Of a stretch of 34,192 nt of DNA, positions 24,701-32,804 are shown in pieces (position 1 is the first letter of the stretch; each line of letters opens with the position of its first letter). This DNA comes from an uncultured Oscillospiraceae bacterium (GTDB lineage Bacteria > Bacillota > Clostridia > Oscillospirales > Oscillospiraceae), in the NCBI GenBank assembly GCA_964426095.1, contig CAYRPD010000004.1, forward strand, positions 1 through 34,192, read 5' to 3'. Both the position numbers and the translations under genes were made by a program. The notes beneath the pieces are model-generated. The model saw only the letters and a program-made list of their open reading frames with translations, was not told where the DNA came from and did no database searches.

Positions 24701-27700
24701 CGGCTTTTCAAACCAAACCCCTGTGTATTACTTTGAGCGCTTCGGTGAAGCGGGAAAGAAAGTAATGAAATCTCTGACGGACGGCTGGGATAAGTTCGCG
24801 TTCTATACGGATGAGATATTGAGCTTCGCAAAGAATCTGTATTCAACAAAGGAAGTGCGCAAGGCCGAGCGAGATATACGTATAGTACAGCTTCATGAGA
24901 CGCTGGCGGACGGATTGACGGACAGCGTAACCGTCCCGGTATCCATGACACGCGCGCAGATAATGAATCTGTACGGCGCGGCACGCAGGGGCGAAGCGTC
25001 ACTTAATCATATTCTCGGAGCGGGTATAGAGATTACGGCAATAAAGCCTAAGGTGGGAAAGGCCACAGCGCAATCTAAAACTTATCTCTTTGAGGATATC
25101 TACGAGCTGGCGCAAATAATAAACGACAATCTCACGGCAAGGGATAAGCAGATAGTAGACGCAATGATAAGCTTCATGAGCGGGCCTGTTGCGAAGTGGG
25201 GTAATGCCGTCAGCCAAGAACGCTGGGGAATAGATTTGTTCACCGAGGAAAACTACTGGCCTATAATAACAACACGCAACAGCCACAATGTATCTAACTC
25301 GGATTCGGCGGGAGCGTCAACCAGCATATACCGCTTAATGAATATGGGATTTACAAAGAAGCTCACCCCCGGCGCGAACAATCCCGTGGTTATCGGCAGT
25401 GCGTTTGATGTGTTCGCTAACCATACTTCGGACATGGCAAAGTACGGCTCAATGGTATTGCCTATCCTGAACACCATGAAGTGGATTAACTACTCTTCGG
25501 CCACGGGCAACAGGACGCTGCAAGCCGGCATAGATTCTGCGTCCCCGGGCAAAGCATATTCCCAGTACACAACCGTGTCCGTGAGAAAATCCATGGATAG
25601 CATATACGGGCGTGAAGCGCAGGACTATCTCGTCCAGCTCTTGCGTGACCTCAACGGCCAAAGCGGCGGGATAAGCAGCGTGGACTTTGTAGATACGCTG
25701 ACTTCAAACTACAAGCGCCAAGCCGTGGCGGCCAATCTGCGCGTGGCCTTGCTCCAGCCCACAAGTATTATCAGGGCATTTCATGTTTTAGAATCGAACG
25801 GATTAAGCATGGATACATTGCGCTCGTTCGCAGTCAAGAAGAATTACGAGGAAGCGAAAGCGAACAGCGGCATAGCACTGTGGAAAGACTTGGGCTTTTA
25901 TGACACTAACATAAATGCCTCTGTGCGAAAGCAGATAAAGCACGATGAAAGCTTTATTGATAACCTCGTAGACAAATCAATGTTCCTTGCCGAGAAAGGA
26001 GACCGGCTGACATGGAGTATCTTGTGGGGTGCGAGCCGACATCAAGTTAAGCAGGAAGCAGCGAAAGTCGGGCAGAAGCTGACGCACGAAGAGCTTATGC
26101 AAAAGACTAATGAGCTTTTCACCACGGTGATATATAAAACCCAAGTGGTGGATTCTCCGCTTACCCGAAGCCAGCTTATGCGCAATAACGATAAGCTTAG
26201 CAAAGCTCTGACTGCGTTCATGGCCGAGCCGACATTAAGCTATAATGTCTTGGCCGAGAATGTACATGAGTTTGCGAGGGAAACCAGCGCGCATGATATT
26301 CCCACGGCGTGGAAGAAATGCGGGAAAAAGATTCTCCGAAGCTTGGTGATATACAGCGCGTCCGCTATTCTCACAGCGGCGGCGGCGAGCCTTGCCGATG
26401 CCGGGAGAGACGATGACGAATATAAAAAGCTTTGGCAAAAGTGGCTGGAAAAATTCAAGGGCGAAGAAAGCTTTTGGGACAGCAACATATGGGCGGAACT
26501 TAATCCTCTTACCAAGCTCCCGGCTATAAAAGATATCTTCAATCTTATTGCCGGGCAGACTTCAAGTAATATGTGGCTTGAGGGATTCGATTCTGCGTAC
26601 AGTGCAGTCAAGAGTATCTATGAGAGAATCGGCGAAAAGGATGATTTGTTCCGGCTAGAAATGAAAGATTGGCAGGTTGCTTATCGCGGATTAAAAGCAG
26701 CGTCCCAGCTCGCGGGGCTACCTCTAATGACATTCACACGAGATGCCGTAGGCTTGTGGAATACAACAGTCGGAGCTTTCACCGGGAAGTATATCCACAA
26801 CTATGACTACGACCAAGAGAAAGCTATACGCAATGCCTACCGCAGCGGGTACTTAGACGAAGAGCAGGCAATGAATCTTCTCATGGATAGGGACACCATG
26901 GGCGACAACGTTTATTTCACGGAGCACGCGGCGCAGGTGAAGATAGCCGACTGGACGAACGACAGCATAGAAGCGATGTACGACAGCCTTTACACCGCTA
27001 TGGAAAACGATGACCGAGCGGGTTTTAATGCGGCAATGGAAAGCCTTGTGAAAGACGGAAAGCGCTATCACTATGATGTGATAGGCAATGTCCGAAGCAC
27101 GATTAAGGAGTGGTACATCGGCGATGAACACGGGGCATATAAGCTCAACAGGGACATGGCCGTGGATATGCTGACGGATTACGGCGGGTACACTACGGAC
27201 GATGCAAAGAAGACGGTGCACCAATGGACGTGCGAGAAAGTAGAGGGCTTCAGCTACACCAACCGGAAAGAGTTGTTTCTGCTCGGAGATATCACGAGGG
27301 ACGAAGCGATTAAGCTTGTAATGGCATACGGCAAGGACGATGACGGCAAGCTTCTTTCCGACTATGAAGATAAGTCCGCCGCAAGGGAAGCAGCCGAAAA
27401 GGAAGTGCAGACTTGGCAAATGGCGCTTGACACCAAGATAGACTACGAGAAAATCCGCAGTGCCTATGATGCCGGAGAAATAAGTGAAGCGCAGCTGAAA
27501 GAGTATCTCATGACATACGGCAGTTTAGAAGAAGAATCCGCAGAAAATAAAGCGTACCTTTGGCAATGGAAAGAGGGCGATGACAAGCTGGGAAGTATTA
27601 CGAGCGCGCAAGCGCGGCGGTATGATAACTACATTGTCGGCGCGGGCGTAGACATTACCAAGGAACAGTATGCGAATTTCATTGACGGAAACTTGGCAAG

Positions 27701-27908
27701 TGAGTTTAGCGGTGATCTGAAGCCTGGGAGTACAACCTCTTATATACCCTACAGCAAGCGAAATAAAATATGGGCGTACATAGACACTCTGCCACTAACC
27801 CCGGAGGAAAAGGACGCAATGGCTGTTGTATACGCATACGATAATAATCCGGACACTTCGGCAAATTCTTCGTATTTCGATTTGCAAGAAGCCCCTTGGA
27901 ACAACTAA
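18726..27908 (+). CDS. giant multi-domain (polyvalent-type) virion protein, 3,060 aa
   Basis: Single uninterrupted ORF. An alternative start at ATG 18750 lies 1 nt after the upstream stop. Features are the duplicated N-terminal motif, a Gly-rich region, HELTH (21339-21353), HEIQH (22311-22325), a nuclease-like module, coiled-coil stretches and a large C-terminal region. Confidence 0.85.
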   Translation: MKGIITSNMSNKILEEIEKSIAAYNTPELNGTTKAQAPATKENASNAYRINTIPSSQNNVLGEIGKSVAAFNNSKLNGTNGWKMKSYTKNPQTKAKKSVVSYDQGGKVNAWQTALNVLNGIDSAKVKALSNQKYSDRFNEEVLKEYTARGGKTFLGKAMNANLYKQIEDELTPNYAPAQTSYERAKLPASMARDSIVENAQAAQYLADYYENPTVAIEGSRTRGNTLDYLQKYENMGFGEKLANTAGNAVVNYGLDLSNTLLTGADALTGGKLSNGNSKAASIYSALNFAQNAGSGLTSQAYNSMRESSNWLGKLILDLEKTSVEQLLDRAFSAFGMNGANSLVSMGARVFGSGAQEAENEGKSLREQLLTGGIRSGIEIGTELLGGVGGSWRGTGYGDAVFNSLDKWVGTKTNKEMLGTLASAFGSEATEEMLSDILNPLADRIFNISNGDQTFWQEVWGDGQILYDGLLGGLAGLGGGLGTSFSNASAAKYFGVDVATYKAAQRIAGDKKLRKKYEKYTGEHLQENESTSIMQIAVGLTETAEKTDSTTRALENDIRQYKAEPHGTQSATTPAALSTSQTDTSTLAAANVAQNASESPTTNESARTSTNTTPAQNYSQSTIQAKAAALGDMTAIYNGAEARVTSMVKMDNGKYAAQIEYPTSKGIKKRQLTEDKLTFDPETKRLINMFRPYEYSSEMLFNYDAQKDGGENLAAYTMAFNTVADILGKQTTLSEEAAKQYVQGEPGLASTLSEEQITAAFRAGRKSKDARVQSSVTRKGGTGKLVFGKSITVQGMQYQAATEDMVSQAEREVLQTVAKAAGVDIFFYQSEEAEGIYQGANGFYRNGTVYLDVNAGAERTTEQSAILLTAAHELTHYLRENNAEGYAELRDFVTTHLIQDGTDIVTLAEQKIRNEGGENYADFTLEDAIEEVVADSCEMMLENTQLPQIMAQENPDLYSKVRGWLRKFVENLRRAFEGVTARSPEARAMVQYAGELQQIWDNALADTALKPREKRGASGSTKYSYAGRNASTANMETLSKAEELERNGEDWNTIRNETGWFRGMDNKWRYEINDSNMEFRKGGDVQLLAEPEYQQLIDLTDKWAASFDGGEALTEAEENEMTRLKEKYGAEVWEDKYMLRDFVKHDELFEAYPRLNSVGLQFDELPDGVKGYYSKRGNTIILNESLFGKEPDVVLHEIQHIIQKIEGFTGGASVEYWEEQMKNGYSKRGSRESDMMPGELYRNTAGEIEARDTASRRKLTAEERRSNAPVRADENTVFADDERSYSVRNYKGNRIVWIDTDITKQKPSDVPIQDYVQRYISDMAYDRSDFLATLPESGINVYAEKKGRTPKSKYGLAEEYVRSTYSRWLKDNSKSAFRAKMKAAGVLDELVSIATGRKWSETEHSHNKDARYGVDTYRSSFAFPVKDNMGKLANVRAYDCKLIVLNASDGKKYLYDVTGIKENTSKAKDVLLSERQRAAYRAARQTDVVNNISQPGEEVNSKFSRRAADDTMTKEQVREQQISRAELLRENEALRQRAEYWKGQTQLTKEKTVRNTDTHKFARDMAEKLDVKNREAVAEFEDAAQHMGNYIVQSDSETLDYDTLHTMASETADILLSNSEVEVESGMEEQLGELADYIKTHKLKVNETELKDLPKEWLRQHRRFIKLSSDGTPIDVAWQEWQEQFGEGMFPSDITAQSDMLQRLADIEQGWRTYKANPFENNMAEMREIVAQEIIDTMLSDEIRQTAPTAADRAKAKADKRYSDMRQAERQRANERIAKVLEEGKQRTKDAVKAERTFQLQRVERIQKMNSIKKLRDRMIKSLTDNTGKNHVPDILKEPVAQLLQSIDPTTKRTRQAGTKLYVESLEKLQRVLEQQRKHNAHTLDENEAEGEGADLFFDIPVEFTEQIQDYVDNVKHWGEFSKTTTFKLEDMSLQGLNDLENILRVVRGAVNNVNELYDMNTTASELGNETINYLAEMKEKTKVTGGMEKFLGFSNQTPVYYFERFGEAGKKVMKSLTDGWDKFAFYTDEILSFAKNLYSTKEVRKAERDIRIVQLHETLADGLTDSVTVPVSMTRAQIMNLYGAARRGEASLNHILGAGIEITAIKPKVGKATAQSKTYLFEDIYELAQIINDNLTARDKQIVDAMISFMSGPVAKWGNAVSQERWGIDLFTEENYWPIITTRNSHNVSNSDSAGASTSIYRLMNMGFTKKLTPGANNPVVIGSAFDVFANHTSDMAKYGSMVLPILNTMKWINYSSATGNRTLQAGIDSASPGKAYSQYTTVSVRKSMDSIYGREAQDYLVQLLRDLNGQSGGISSVDFVDTLTSNYKRQAVAANLRVALLQPTSIIRAFHVLESNGLSMDTLRSFAVKKNYEEAKANSGIALWKDLGFYDTNINASVRKQIKHDESFIDNLVDKSMFLAEKGDRLTWSILWGASRHQVKQEAAKVGQKLTHEELMQKTNELFTTVIYKTQVVDSPLTRSQLMRNNDKLSKALTAFMAEPTLSYNVLAENVHEFARETSAHDIPTAWKKCGKKILRSLVIYSASAILTAAAASLADAGRDDDEYKKLWQKWLEKFKGEESFWDSNIWAELNPLTKLPAIKDIFNLIAGQTSSNMWLEGFDSAYSAVKSIYERIGEKDDLFRLEMKDWQVAYRGLKAASQLAGLPLMTFTRDAVGLWNTTVGAFTGKYIHNYDYDQEKAIRNAYRSGYLDEEQAMNLLMDRDTMGDNVYFTEHAAQVKIADWTNDSIEAMYDSLYTAMENDDRAGFNAAMESLVKDGKRYHYDVIGNVRSTIKEWYIGDEHGAYKLNRDMAVDMLTDYGGYTTDDAKKTVHQWTCEKVEGFSYTNRKELFLLGDITRDEAIKLVMAYGKDDDGKLLSDYEDKSAAREAAEKEVQTWQMALDTKIDYEKIRSAYDAGEISEAQLKEYLMTYGSLEEESAENKAYLWQWKEGDDKLGSITSAQARRYDNYIVGAGVDITKEQYANFIDGNLASEFSGDLKPGSTTSYIPYSKRNKIWAYIDTLPLTPEEKDAMAVVYAYDNNPDTSANSSYFDLQEAPWNN

Positions 27909-27915
27909 CAAAAAA

Positions 27916-27949
27916 GAATCCCCGAAAAAAATCGGGGATTTTTTATTTT
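27916..27949 (+). terminator. intrinsic terminator after the giant gene
   Basis: aatccccga / tcggggatt stem with an A6 loop, followed by ttttatttt. Confidence 0.75.
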
Positions 27950-27996
27950 CCTCCCAAAAGTACCGTAGAGAAATTGGAAAAGTATTTTGTATAATA
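27945..27996 (+). promoter_or_regulatory. late-promoter element, copy 2 (52-nt repeat)
   Basis: Same length and layout as 13177-13228. The first 30 nt are identical, then T-GGAAA-N9-TATAATA. Confidence 0.55.
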
Positions 27997-28074
27997 GGGG
28001 CAGGAAGACACCGAGGCAGTCGCCCTGCCTGGCATTACAGCCGAAACAAAGCAGAAAGGTTATGGAGGATTCCT

Positions 28075-29091
28075 ATGTATAAATTTAATTGGCTTCAGAC
28101 CTTTGCCGAGGGCAGCGCACCCGCGGGCAATGCAGGTGAGGGAGCAGGAAACACGGGCGTTACTTCCCCTGCTGACGCCGGGCAGGATTCTAGCACCAAT
28201 ACTTTGGAAGCGTTGGGAGTACCCAAGAACAAAGTGGCGAGGTATGAAGCGTCATTAAAGCGCCGAGGCATACAGCCCAAAGAACAAACCGCCCCGCCGC
28301 CCGCCGTAGCCCCGGCAACAAGCACCGAGCCGAACGAGAAAGCCGACAACGCCGGAGCTTCTGCAAAAACACCTTGGGAAGATATTCTCAAAGACCCGGA
28401 GTATAAAGAAGCATTCAATAACCAAGTCAACGGCATTATGCAAAAGCGTCTTGCAAAGGCGCAGGAGCGGGAAGCAAACGTAGCCAAGCTTGCCCCGGCA
28501 CTCGAAGTCCTTGCGGCTAAGTACGGCGTGGACGTGGGCGACTATGAAGCGATTGCCCGCGCGGTCAATGACGATGATGATTTCTACAGAGAAAAGGCCG
28601 CAGAAATGGGCGTTGATGTGAAAACGGCAAAGGAGCTTACCCAAAGCTCCCGCGAGTTGCACAGGCTGACCGCAGAAAAGCAGGACAGTGTCAGACAGCA
28701 GTATGTGCGCGAGCATATAGCAAGGCTCAATCAGCAAGCGGAGAATCTGAAAGCGGAGTATCCGGGCTTCAATCTTTCAGAGGAAATGCAAAACGAGATG
28801 TTTGTAAAGCTCACCGCGCCGGGAATGCTCACCGTTGAGGACGCGTATAAAGCCGTGCACAGAAAAGAGATTGAAGCTTCAAAGGAAAGGGCGTTGCAGG
28901 AGCAGGCATTGGCCGCCGCCACCGCCACCATAAGAGCAGGGCAGCAGAGACCGAAAGAGAATGGAAGCTCTGCCGCCGCAACGATAACCCGCGTACCTCC
29001 CGCGATGAGGAGTAAAGCGGAAAGAGCGGAGCTTCGCCGCCAAATATATGCGGCAGGAGCGAACGGGAAGAAACTACCGCGAGATTGGTAA
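28075..29091 (+). CDS. scaffolding protein
   Basis: Start moved to ATG 28075 (RBS ggagga, 5-nt spacer); the track ORF reads through the terminator and promoter. Ala/Glu/Lys/Gln-rich helical composition, directly upstream of the capsid gene. N-terminus MYKFNWLQTFAEG. Confidence 0.7.
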   Translation: MYKFNWLQTFAEGSAPAGNAGEGAGNTGVTSPADAGQDSSTNTLEALGVPKNKVARYEASLKRRGIQPKEQTAPPPAVAPATSTEPNEKADNAGASAKTPWEDILKDPEYKEAFNNQVNGIMQKRLAKAQEREANVAKLAPALEVLAAKYGVDVGDYEAIARAVNDDDDFYREKAAEMGVDVKTAKELTQSSRELHRLTAEKQDSVRQQYVREHIARLNQQAENLKAEYPGFNLSEEMQNEMFVKLTAPGMLTVEDAYKAVHRKEIEASKERALQEQALAAATATIRAGQQRPKENGSSAAATITRVPPAMRSKAERAELRRQIYAAGANGKKLPRDW

Positions 29092-29130
29092 CACTGCTTC
29101 TTCCCGTAACATAGGAAGGAGAAATACAAA

Positions 29131-30222
29131 ATGTTTAAATATGAATGGATTCAGTACTTTGCAGACGCGGGCACGCTCGTGAATGCAACAGGCGCTTATG
29201 TCAACGCCTACACCGGCGCAACCACGGAATTCAGCGGGGCAGATACGCTTGCTCCCGAGCTTAAAGCGTATTACGACACGGAGCTTTTGGAGAACGCGCG
29301 TACCGAAATGATATATGCGCAGTTCGGCAAGCGCCAGCCGCTCCCCGCAAACCACCAGGGCAAGGTGGAGTGGCGCAAGTTCAACACCTTTGCCCGCGCG
29401 TCAAAGCTCGAAGAGGGCGTTATCCCCACGGGGCAGAAGCTTGGCATGACTTCTATTACCGGCACGGTAGACCAGTACGGCACATATACCACCGTGACGG
29501 ACAAGCTGGAGCTTCGCGCGTATGATGATATCATCCTCGCCGCCACAGAGGAAATGGGCGCTTCTGCCGCAGAGACGCAGGAAGCCCTTATTCGTGATGC
29601 GCTGCTTGTCGGCACGAACGTGCTCTACTGCGACAACATAAACATTACCACCGGCGCAGTAACCGGCACTACGCCCACGAGCTGCGCGACCATGGGCGCG
29701 AGTACGGAAAACGGCTGGGCTATGCTTACTCCCGCCGTCATAAACAAGGCCGTTACAATCATGAAGAAGAACCGCGTGCCGAAGATTGACGGGTACTACT
29801 ACGCCGTTATTCATCCCTCTGTGGCAAGCGACCTCAGGCAGAATGCTGAATGGATTGACGCGCACAAGTACGCCATGCCGGAGCAGATATACAACGGCGA
29901 GATCGGCGAGCTTCACGGTGTGCGCTTCATCGAAAATGTGTTTGCGCCCGTGCTCAAAGACACCGACACATACAAGAATAAGGACGGCGGCGCGACCTAT
30001 GCAACGTACTTCTTCGGCAAAGACAGCTTCGGTATTATCGACCCCGAGGGCGGCGCACTTGAGATGATTGTGCATAACAAGAACGAGATAGGCGGACCGT
30101 TGAATCAGTTCAGCACTATAGGCTATAAGTTTGAGACCAACGGCGCGACTATCCTTTACCCCGAACGTGTTCTGCGCGTGATGAGTGTATCCAGCTCCAG
30201 CGCAACCGATGAGGTAAACTGA
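29131..30222 (+). CDS. major capsid protein (HK97-fold, resembles the N4-gp56-type family)
   Basis: 363 aa with RBS aaggaga, located after the scaffold. Sequence style (KVEWRKFNTF..., GGPLNQ...IGYKF) recalls the N4-gp56-like capsid family; unverified. N-terminus MFKYEWIQYFADAG. Confidence 0.75.
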   Translation: MFKYEWIQYFADAGTLVNATGAYVNAYTGATTEFSGADTLAPELKAYYDTELLENARTEMIYAQFGKRQPLPANHQGKVEWRKFNTFARASKLEEGVIPTGQKLGMTSITGTVDQYGTYTTVTDKLELRAYDDIILAATEEMGASAAETQEALIRDALLVGTNVLYCDNINITTGAVTGTTPTSCATMGASTENGWAMLTPAVINKAVTIMKKNRVPKIDGYYYAVIHPSVASDLRQNAEWIDAHKYAMPEQIYNGEIGELHGVRFIENVFAPVLKDTDTYKNKDGGATYATYFFGKDSFGIIDPEGGALEMIVHNKNEIGGPLNQFSTIGYKFETNGATILYPERVLRVMSVSSSSATDEVN

Positions 30223-30240
30223 GCTATACATAAATGAAAC

Positions 30241-30260
30241 AGGGGCGTATTCACGCCCCT
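30241..30260 (+). terminator. 7-bp GC hairpin after the capsid gene (possible partial terminator)
   Basis: aggggcg-tattca-cgcccct; weak T content downstream. Confidence 0.3.
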
Positions 30261-30281
30261 GCTGTTGAAAGGAGAATTATT

Positions 30282-30530
30282 ATGGCAAAGGCTAATGAGA
30301 CTGCGGCAAAGGTTGAGACCACAAACAGAGTGAAATACAGAGTACCCAAGGGGTCAAGCAAAGAAGACCCAAATCTTTTTGTAGCCATAAACGGGAAGAC
30401 CTATCTTATCCCGCGCGGGGTTGAGGTGGAGATACCCGACTTCGTTGCAAAAGAAATTGAGAGAAGCAGCGCCGCGCGCGATAACTTCTATGAAACAGTT
30501 GAAGAGCTTGCCGTAAAACCCGGCAAGTAA
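30282..30530 (+). CDS. small structural-module protein (82 aa)
   Basis: Start moved to MAKANE after aaaggaga (6-nt spacer). Confidence 0.6.
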   Translation: MAKANETAAKVETTNRVKYRVPKGSSKEDPNLFVAINGKTYLIPRGVEVEIPDFVAKEIERSSAARDNFYETVEELAVKPGK

Positions 30531-30549
30531 CGTGTGAGAGGAGACCGCC

Positions 30550-30930
30550 GTGAACTGTATGGATATTATAGACCGGGTAGATATCATGGAACCCAATGCG
30601 TATTGCCCGGAACAGAAATTAAAGTGGCTGTCCATACTGGACGGCAAGATTTATGAAGAGGTGATCCGACCGTGCGAAGAAAGCCCGGCCGGATTTACCG
30701 AATACTCCAACGGTGACGAAGAGCTTATAGTGCCGTCCCCTTATGACTATGATATTTACTATCACTATCTAATGGCGATGATAGATGCCGAGAACTCCGA
30801 AACCCAGCGCTACAATAAACGCATGACGATGTTCAATAACGCGTATACGGAGTTTATAAACTGGTATAACAAAAGCCATAATCGAAGCCGAGCGCGACCG
30901 GGCAAAGAGCCGAAGCATTTTCTTTTCTGA
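30550..30930 (+). CDS. putative head-tail connector/adaptor protein
   Basis: GTG start after gaggaga. Assigned by position after the capsid gene; Tyr/Asn-rich helical C-terminus. Function inferred from position only. Confidence 0.4.
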   Translation: MNCMDIIDRVDIMEPNAYCPEQKLKWLSILDGKIYEEVIRPCEESPAGFTEYSNGDEELIVPSPYDYDIYYHYLMAMIDAENSETQRYNKRMTMFNNAYTEFINWYNKSHNRSRARPGKEPKHFLF

Positions 30931-30943
30931 CAGGAGAGCTAAT

Positions 30944-32689
30944 ATGAAACTTCCAACGTTAGATTATGAATACACAAATCGAAGTGTGGTAGATACCTTT
31001 GCCGGATATAATCACAATCTGAAAATCGAAGAGGGGTCATTCTACCACACGGAGAATCTATCTACCTCATACTATCCCCTGCTAGGCGAGAGAAAAAAGC
31101 GCGGCCTTGTGAAACAACTGACTGCACCCGGGGGCTTGCTCGGCAAGGACAAGCTGGCGTATGTGGATAACGGGACGCTTTACTATGACGGAACGGCCAC
31201 ACCTATTACAAACCTCACGAGCGGGCAAAAGCAGTTGGTGAGCATGGGCGCATATATTTGCGTGTTCCCCGATAAGAAATACTACAACACGGCAGACGCG
31301 ACCGATTACGGAAGCATGGAAGCATTCTATTCCTCAACCGGCAATGTAAAGTACGCCATGTGCAAGGTGGACGGAACGGAATATGCTCAGCCCACTGTGT
31401 CGGATACTGCGCCGTCAAGCCCGGCCAATGCCGCGCTTTGGATAGACACGGCGAAAGAAACCCGTGTGCTAAAGCAGTACAGCGAAGCAACGGGTGAATG
31501 GGTTAGCATACCCACGGTATATACGAAGATAACTTTTATTTCTCAAGGCGAGATAACACAGCACTTCAAAGAATATGACGGCATTACGATTACGGGTGCA
31601 GGAGTAGAAGAGCTAAACGGTGACAAAGTTATTTATGCGCTCGGCGGTGATTCAAATACATTTGACTATGTTGTTGTAATCGGATTACTTGAACAGGGAT
31701 ACGAGCAGAACACGGGGAGCGTCAGCCTTGCAAGAAGCGTGCCGCAAATGGACTTCGTTTGCGAAAGTCAAAATAGACTGTGGGGCTGTTTCTATGGCAC
31801 GGACGGAGAACAGAACCTCAACGAGATATACTGTTGCGCTCTCGGCGACTTCAAAAACTGGCGGCAATACATGGGGCTGAGCACGGATTCTTGGACGGCT
31901 TCTGTCGGCTCTGACGGCGCATGGACGGGGGCAATTAATTACCTCGGCTACCCGACATTCTTCAAAGAGGACAGAATCCACCGCGTAACTGTATCAAGCG
32001 TGGGCGCGCATACATTGAGCGAGACGGCTTGCCGTGGCGTACAAGCCGGGTGTGATAAGAGCTTGGCCGTTGTAAATGAAGTGTTGATATATAAATCCCG
32101 CAGTGACGTTTGTATATATCAAGGCGGTTTTCCCTCATCTATATCTGAAGCGCTTGGAGATGTGCAGTATTCAAATGCTGTCGCGGGTACGGTGCGGGAT
32201 AAGTACTACATCAGCATGAAAGATGAAAAGGGCGAATATCAGCTCTTTGTTTTTGACACAGCCAAAAAACTGTGGATTCGTGAGGATGGATTCAAAGCGG
32301 ACGGCTTTGCTCGTGTCGGTGATGAATTGTATTCCGTAACGGGAAAGCTCTTATATGCAATGCAGGGAACTGTGGGAGAGCTTGAGCCGTTTATCAGCTG
32401 GACGGCTGAGAGCGGCATACTTTATTATCAACAGCCGGACAAAAAGTATGTTTCCCGCTTCAATGTCCGCTGCCAAATGGAAGCGGGCGCGGAGCTGAAG
32501 ATATATATTCAGTATGATTCAAACGGCGTATGGGAAAACAAAGGCACGGTAAAGCTGAAAGGAACAAACACGATGACAGTCCCTGTCCGCCCGCGCCGGT
32601 GCGACCATATGCGTATAAGGTTAGAGGGTAAAGGAATGTTCAGACTTTTTTCAATCGCAAAGATTATTACATACGGGAGTGATGTATAA
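30944..32689 (+). CDS. structural protein, probable tail component (581 aa)
   Basis: RBS aggagag. Beta-rich composition. Lies between the connector-like and fibre genes. Confidence 0.55.
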   Translation: MKLPTLDYEYTNRSVVDTFAGYNHNLKIEEGSFYHTENLSTSYYPLLGERKKRGLVKQLTAPGGLLGKDKLAYVDNGTLYYDGTATPITNLTSGQKQLVSMGAYICVFPDKKYYNTADATDYGSMEAFYSSTGNVKYAMCKVDGTEYAQPTVSDTAPSSPANAALWIDTAKETRVLKQYSEATGEWVSIPTVYTKITFISQGEITQHFKEYDGITITGAGVEELNGDKVIYALGGDSNTFDYVVVIGLLEQGYEQNTGSVSLARSVPQMDFVCESQNRLWGCFYGTDGEQNLNEIYCCALGDFKNWRQYMGLSTDSWTASVGSDGAWTGAINYLGYPTFFKEDRIHRVTVSSVGAHTLSETACRGVQAGCDKSLAVVNEVLIYKSRSDVCIYQGGFPSSISEALGDVQYSNAVAGTVRDKYYISMKDEKGEYQLFVFDTAKKLWIREDGFKADGFARVGDELYSVTGKLLYAMQGTVGELEPFISWTAESGILYYQQPDKKYVSRFNVRCQMEAGAELKIYIQYDSNGVWENKGTVKLKGTNTMTVPVRPRRCDHMRIRLEGKGMFRLFSIAKIITYGSDV

Positions 32690-32802
32690 TGCGAAATTTA
32701 GAATACCCGCCTATTCTCAAAGGCACGGCAGAAGAACAGTTAGAGCAGCTGAGAGAGTATATGCTGCGAGTGGTGCAGAAGCTTAACGAGGAGAGCGATT
32801 AA
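32689..32802 (+). CDS. 37-aa helical peptide
   Basis: TAATG overlap with the upstream stop; RBS gggag. Not in the track. Confidence 0.4.
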   Translation: MRNLEYPPILKGTAEEQLEQLREYMLRVVQKLNEESD

Positions 32803-32804
32803 TT

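Noticed and set aside
19628-27419. Many antisense or alternate-frame ORFs inside the giant gene (for example 20580..21581, 23673..24293, 26853..27419).
   Set aside because: All are embedded in a single 9.2-kb open frame with a consistent protein-like translation, and none has an RBS or independent support.
18726-27908. Giant protein as an N4-like or crAss-like virion RNA polymerase.
   Set aside because: I found no DxDGD-type double-psi beta-barrel motif and no T7-like polymerase motifs by eye. This remains untested rather than excluded.
27826-28074. N-terminal extension of the scaffold ORF (track start 27826).
   Set aside because: It overlaps the end of the giant gene and reads through the terminator and the late-promoter repeat. 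The ATG at 28075 has a ggagga RBS.
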